The notes below the pieces were generated by a model. That model made no database searches, was not told the DNA's origin, and was given only the letters and a program-made list of their open reading frames with translations. The translations under genes were made by a program, and so were the position numbers. Positions 61,090 through 64,000 of a stretch of 64,000 bases of DNA are shown piece after piece (positions within the stretch are counted from its first letter, which is position 1; each line of letters opens with the position of its first letter). Where the stretch lies: positions 372,001 to 436,000 of the forward strand of contig MU061168.1 of assembly GCA_013265495.1 (NCBI GenBank), read 5' to 3'. The DNA comes from Vicugna vicugna. Lineage: Eukaryota.

Positions 61090-62775
61090 AGGTAAAGCTA
61101 AGAATATTCACAGAAGCATAAAAATGCCAACACCTTAACAAGTTAAAATTTACAATGTCTAAAAATCCAATAAAAAATAAGCAAGCATTTGAAGAAGCAG
61201 GAAAATATGACTTATAATAATGAGGAAAAACAGTTAGTTGAAATGGCCTAGAACTAAAACAGAATTGAATTAGCTTAGAGAGTCATTAAAACAATTGTTA
61301 TAATAGTATTCCATATATTTGAAAAGATTAAGTACAGAAAATATTTTAAAAGACCCAAATAAAACTTCTAGAGATAAAAACAGCAGTGTCTGGTATTTTT
61401 AAAAATAATAATGCTGGATGGGGTTAACGGCAGATTAGGTGTAGTCAACTTAAAGATGTANNNNNNNNNNNNNNNNNNNNNNNNNNNNNNNNNNNNNNNN
61501 NNNNNNNNNNNNNNNNNNNNNNNNNNNNNNNNNNNNNNNNNNNNNNNNNNNNNNNNNNNNNNNNNNNNNNNNNNNNNNNNNNNNNNNNNNNNNNNNNNNN
61601 NNNNNNNNNNNNNNNNNNNNNNNNNNNNNNNNNNNNNNNNNNNNNNCATTCTAAGTGAAGTAAGCCAGAAAGAGAAAGAAAAATACCATATGAGATCGCT
61701 CATATGTGGAATCTAAAAAAAAACAAACAAACAAACAAAGCATAAATACAAAACAGAAACAGAATCATAGACAAAGAATACAAACTTGTGGTTGCCAAGG
61801 GAGTGGGGGGTGGGAAGGGATAGACTGGGATTTCAAAATGCAGAATAGATAAACAAGATTACACTGTATAGCACAGGGAAATATATATAAGATCTTATGG
61901 TAGCTCACAGAGAAAAAGATGTGACAATGAATATATATATGTTCATGTATAACTGAAAAATTATGCTCTACACTGGAATTTGACACAACATTGTAAAATG
62001 ATTATAAATCAATAAAAAATGTTTTAAAAAAAAGATGTAGACATAGAAGCTATCCAAAATGAAACAAACCCAGAAAGAAAACCTATTTCACTAATCATAA
62101 TAAATATGAATGGGCTGAAAATCCCAAACAGGAGGCAAAGATTGTCAGATCAGATAAAAATATCAAGACTGACCCATAAGTGCCTATAAGAAACCTACTT
62201 TAAATACAAGAACACAAATAGATTTTAAATTTTTTTGAAGAAAGGAAAAGGATGTACCATACTAAAATTCATTTTAAAAAAAAGAAAGCTGGAGTAACAA
62301 TATCCATAAAAATATTCTAAAGCAAATAATATAACCAGAGGTGAACATAGTCATTTCATAATGGCAGAGGGGTCAATTCATCAAGAAGAATTAACAAGCC
62401 TAAACATTTACACACCTGACAACATAGCTTCAAAATACATAAAGCAAAAAAGTGATAGAAAAGCAAAGAGAAATAGACAAATTCACAATAAGAGCCAAAG
62501 ATTTTTGACAGCTCTCTCTCTCTCTCTCAATAATTGACAGAAGTAGAAAAAAAAAAAGGAAAGAGATATGAGACTTGAACAACATTATGAACAAACTTGA
62601 CCTGACAGAAATTCATTGAACTCTCCAAGCAATAGCAGAGTACATACTTTTTCAGTGCATACAAAACAACTACCAAGGCAGAGTATAGTATAGGCCATAA
62701 ACAAACCTCAAAACATTTTAAAGGATTAAACTTATACAAAGTATGTTATCTGAACACACTAGAATTATATTAGAA
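61090..62775 (+). mobile_element. Old L1 ORF1 and ORF2 endonuclease fragment, interrupted by a young L1
   Basis: taaatatgaatgggctgaaaatccc...caaagattgtcagatcagataaaaa...aagaaacctactttaaatacaag (LNVNGL.SP...ETH region). Confidence 0.75.
61461..62030 (+). mobile_element. Young L1 3' end; its 5' 186 nt are the N-run 61461-61646
   Basis: ctaagtgaagtaagccagaaagagaaagaaaaataccatatg...ctgtatagcacagggaa...aataaaaaa; TSD aaagatgta at 61452-61460 and 62031-62039. Confidence 0.9.
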
Positions 62776-63039
62776 ATCTTTGTGTCATTATTCAGTATGC
62801 CTGCCAAGAAAAATAGTGCAGCCTGAGGTCAAGGGCTGGAGTGGGAGAGCTGAAAAGGAAATGCTCACCAGAGATCATTGTAGTGACTGGCAACTGTAAA
62901 CCTATAAATACGGCTTTATCCAGAGGGGCAGGAGAATTATGAGAGGAGTTTGAGAACAGATAACTTCCATTTCTGCCAGGTTGGTCTGACTAAACATGCA
63001 ATCTCTGGAAGGAAGTATAACAGAGCGCCAGAGGTACGT

Positions 63040-63500
63040 AACTGGAGGCTCAGAGGCGAGGTCCAGAATGTTAGATAATGTAAGTTACTAATGTGGTTTA
63101 AACTCTGGGAACAAGGGATGGCCCAAAGGAAAACCAAAAGTGAAAAAAGAGAAGTGGGCCAAGGATAAAGGTGTCCAACCATAGCTGTGATTAAAAAAGA
63201 AGCTGCAGGGAGGCAGAAGACATGCAGATGGTATTATTGTGAAGGCCAAGGAGGAAGACAAGAATTTCAAGAAAAAAAAACTGAACATTGTGTGGGTCAA
63301 TGTCAAACAACACAGATCAAGAAAACGAGGGTAGAGAAAACTGTTGGTTTGGCGACCAAAGAGTTTTTTCATGTCCTTTCAGGAGATTAGTCTCAATAGA
63401 ATGGTAAGACGAACTCTACAATGCAGAGGGTTAGTTCAAAAGAATTGGAGCCACCAGTATGAGGCATCCTTTCTGGAAGTTTGACAATGCAAGGAAGAAT
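63040..63500 (-). mobile_element. L2 fragment
   Basis: Purine-rich antisense L2 signature gaaggccaaggagg...caagaaaacgagggtagagaaaactgttggtttggcgaccaaagag. Confidence 0.55.
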
Positions 63501-63559
63501 CCTCCGTGCCACACACACCAAGCATCTCCACATTCCTTAAGCTCGTCAGGTCCTTTCAC

Positions 63560-64000
63560 TTCTCACTCTCTTCCCACTGCCTGTAATCTTGTGAGAAAAT
63601 GATGTTCTTTCCCTGCTTAGTAAATCTTTCCTCTTCTGAAAATAGAGTCTTTTCTTTTAATTAGCACACATACATCCTCCTGCAGTAGGTGTCCACGGGT
63701 AGGCACATGACTACATATGGAATCAATCGGCAGATGGATTTAAAAGCATCTCACCTTGTGTGACTGGAAGTAGAGCTGAGATAGAGAAGACGGAGAGGAA
63801 GAGAGATGAGAAGAGATGACAGAGGTGGAGAGAGAGCCAGCAGCACTTTGAAGAAAAGATAGAGATTCTCAATAACATTGGTTGAACCCCTTGTTCCAGC
63901 CATGCCTGCAAGTACCCCATCTTCCTTATGACAGAGCTAATGCAATCCTTTTCACCCTCTTAAATTAGTTTGAATTAAGTTTATATCATTTACAACTGAA
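63560..64000 (+). mobile_element. MLT1-type LTR, truncated by the window end
   Basis: gcacatgactac...aatcaatc; ccccttgttccagccatgcctgcaagtacccc...gctaatgcaatcctttt. Confidence 0.6.

Noticed and set aside
1-64000. ORF-track entries as single-exon protein genes
   Set aside because: All are under 240 aa with no recognisable domain. Many start at TTG/GTG, run through N-gaps, microsatellites (CVCV, HTHT, YLFI) or decayed repeats, which is what chance gives in mammalian non-coding DNA.
1-64000. CRISPR arrays, prokaryotic systems, rRNA, numt, known miRNA hairpins
   Set aside because: No regularly spaced repeat-spacer structure, operon-like coding density, mitochondrial gene sequence or miRNA sequence I recognise. 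The window is eukaryotic.

Overview
Mammalian, repeat-rich non-coding DNA, most likely from a camelid: it carries tRNA-derived SINEs of the Vic-1 type and artiodactyl-type young L1 3' ends. I recognise no known protein-coding gene, RNA gene, CRISPR array, numt or processed pseudogene. The ORF-track entries are explained by repeats, microsatellites, N-gaps or chance. Roughly half the window is transposon-derived: old and young L1, L2, MIR, CR1/L3 relics, MaLR and ERVL LTRs, two complete solo ERV1-type LTRs, hAT MITEs and four SINEs. There are eight N-runs of 140-241 nt. The main unexplained structure is a compact minus-strand transcription unit at about 18.1-19.9 kb. It has a TATA box, a ~50 nt ATG-free first exon, two GTGAGT donors, matching acceptors and a downstream AATAAA. 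Upstream lie a TCF/LEF site and a cluster of 12 GATA motifs. It could be an unannotated lncRNA, a micropeptide gene or a decayed secreted-peptide gene; this rests on sequence signals only. Other motif-dense candidate enhancers are at 27.7-28.3, 40.5-40.6, 47.8-48.0, 54.3 and 59.1-59.6 kb. Repeat family names come from my memory of consensus sequences, not a database search. Boundaries without a stated TSD are approximate.
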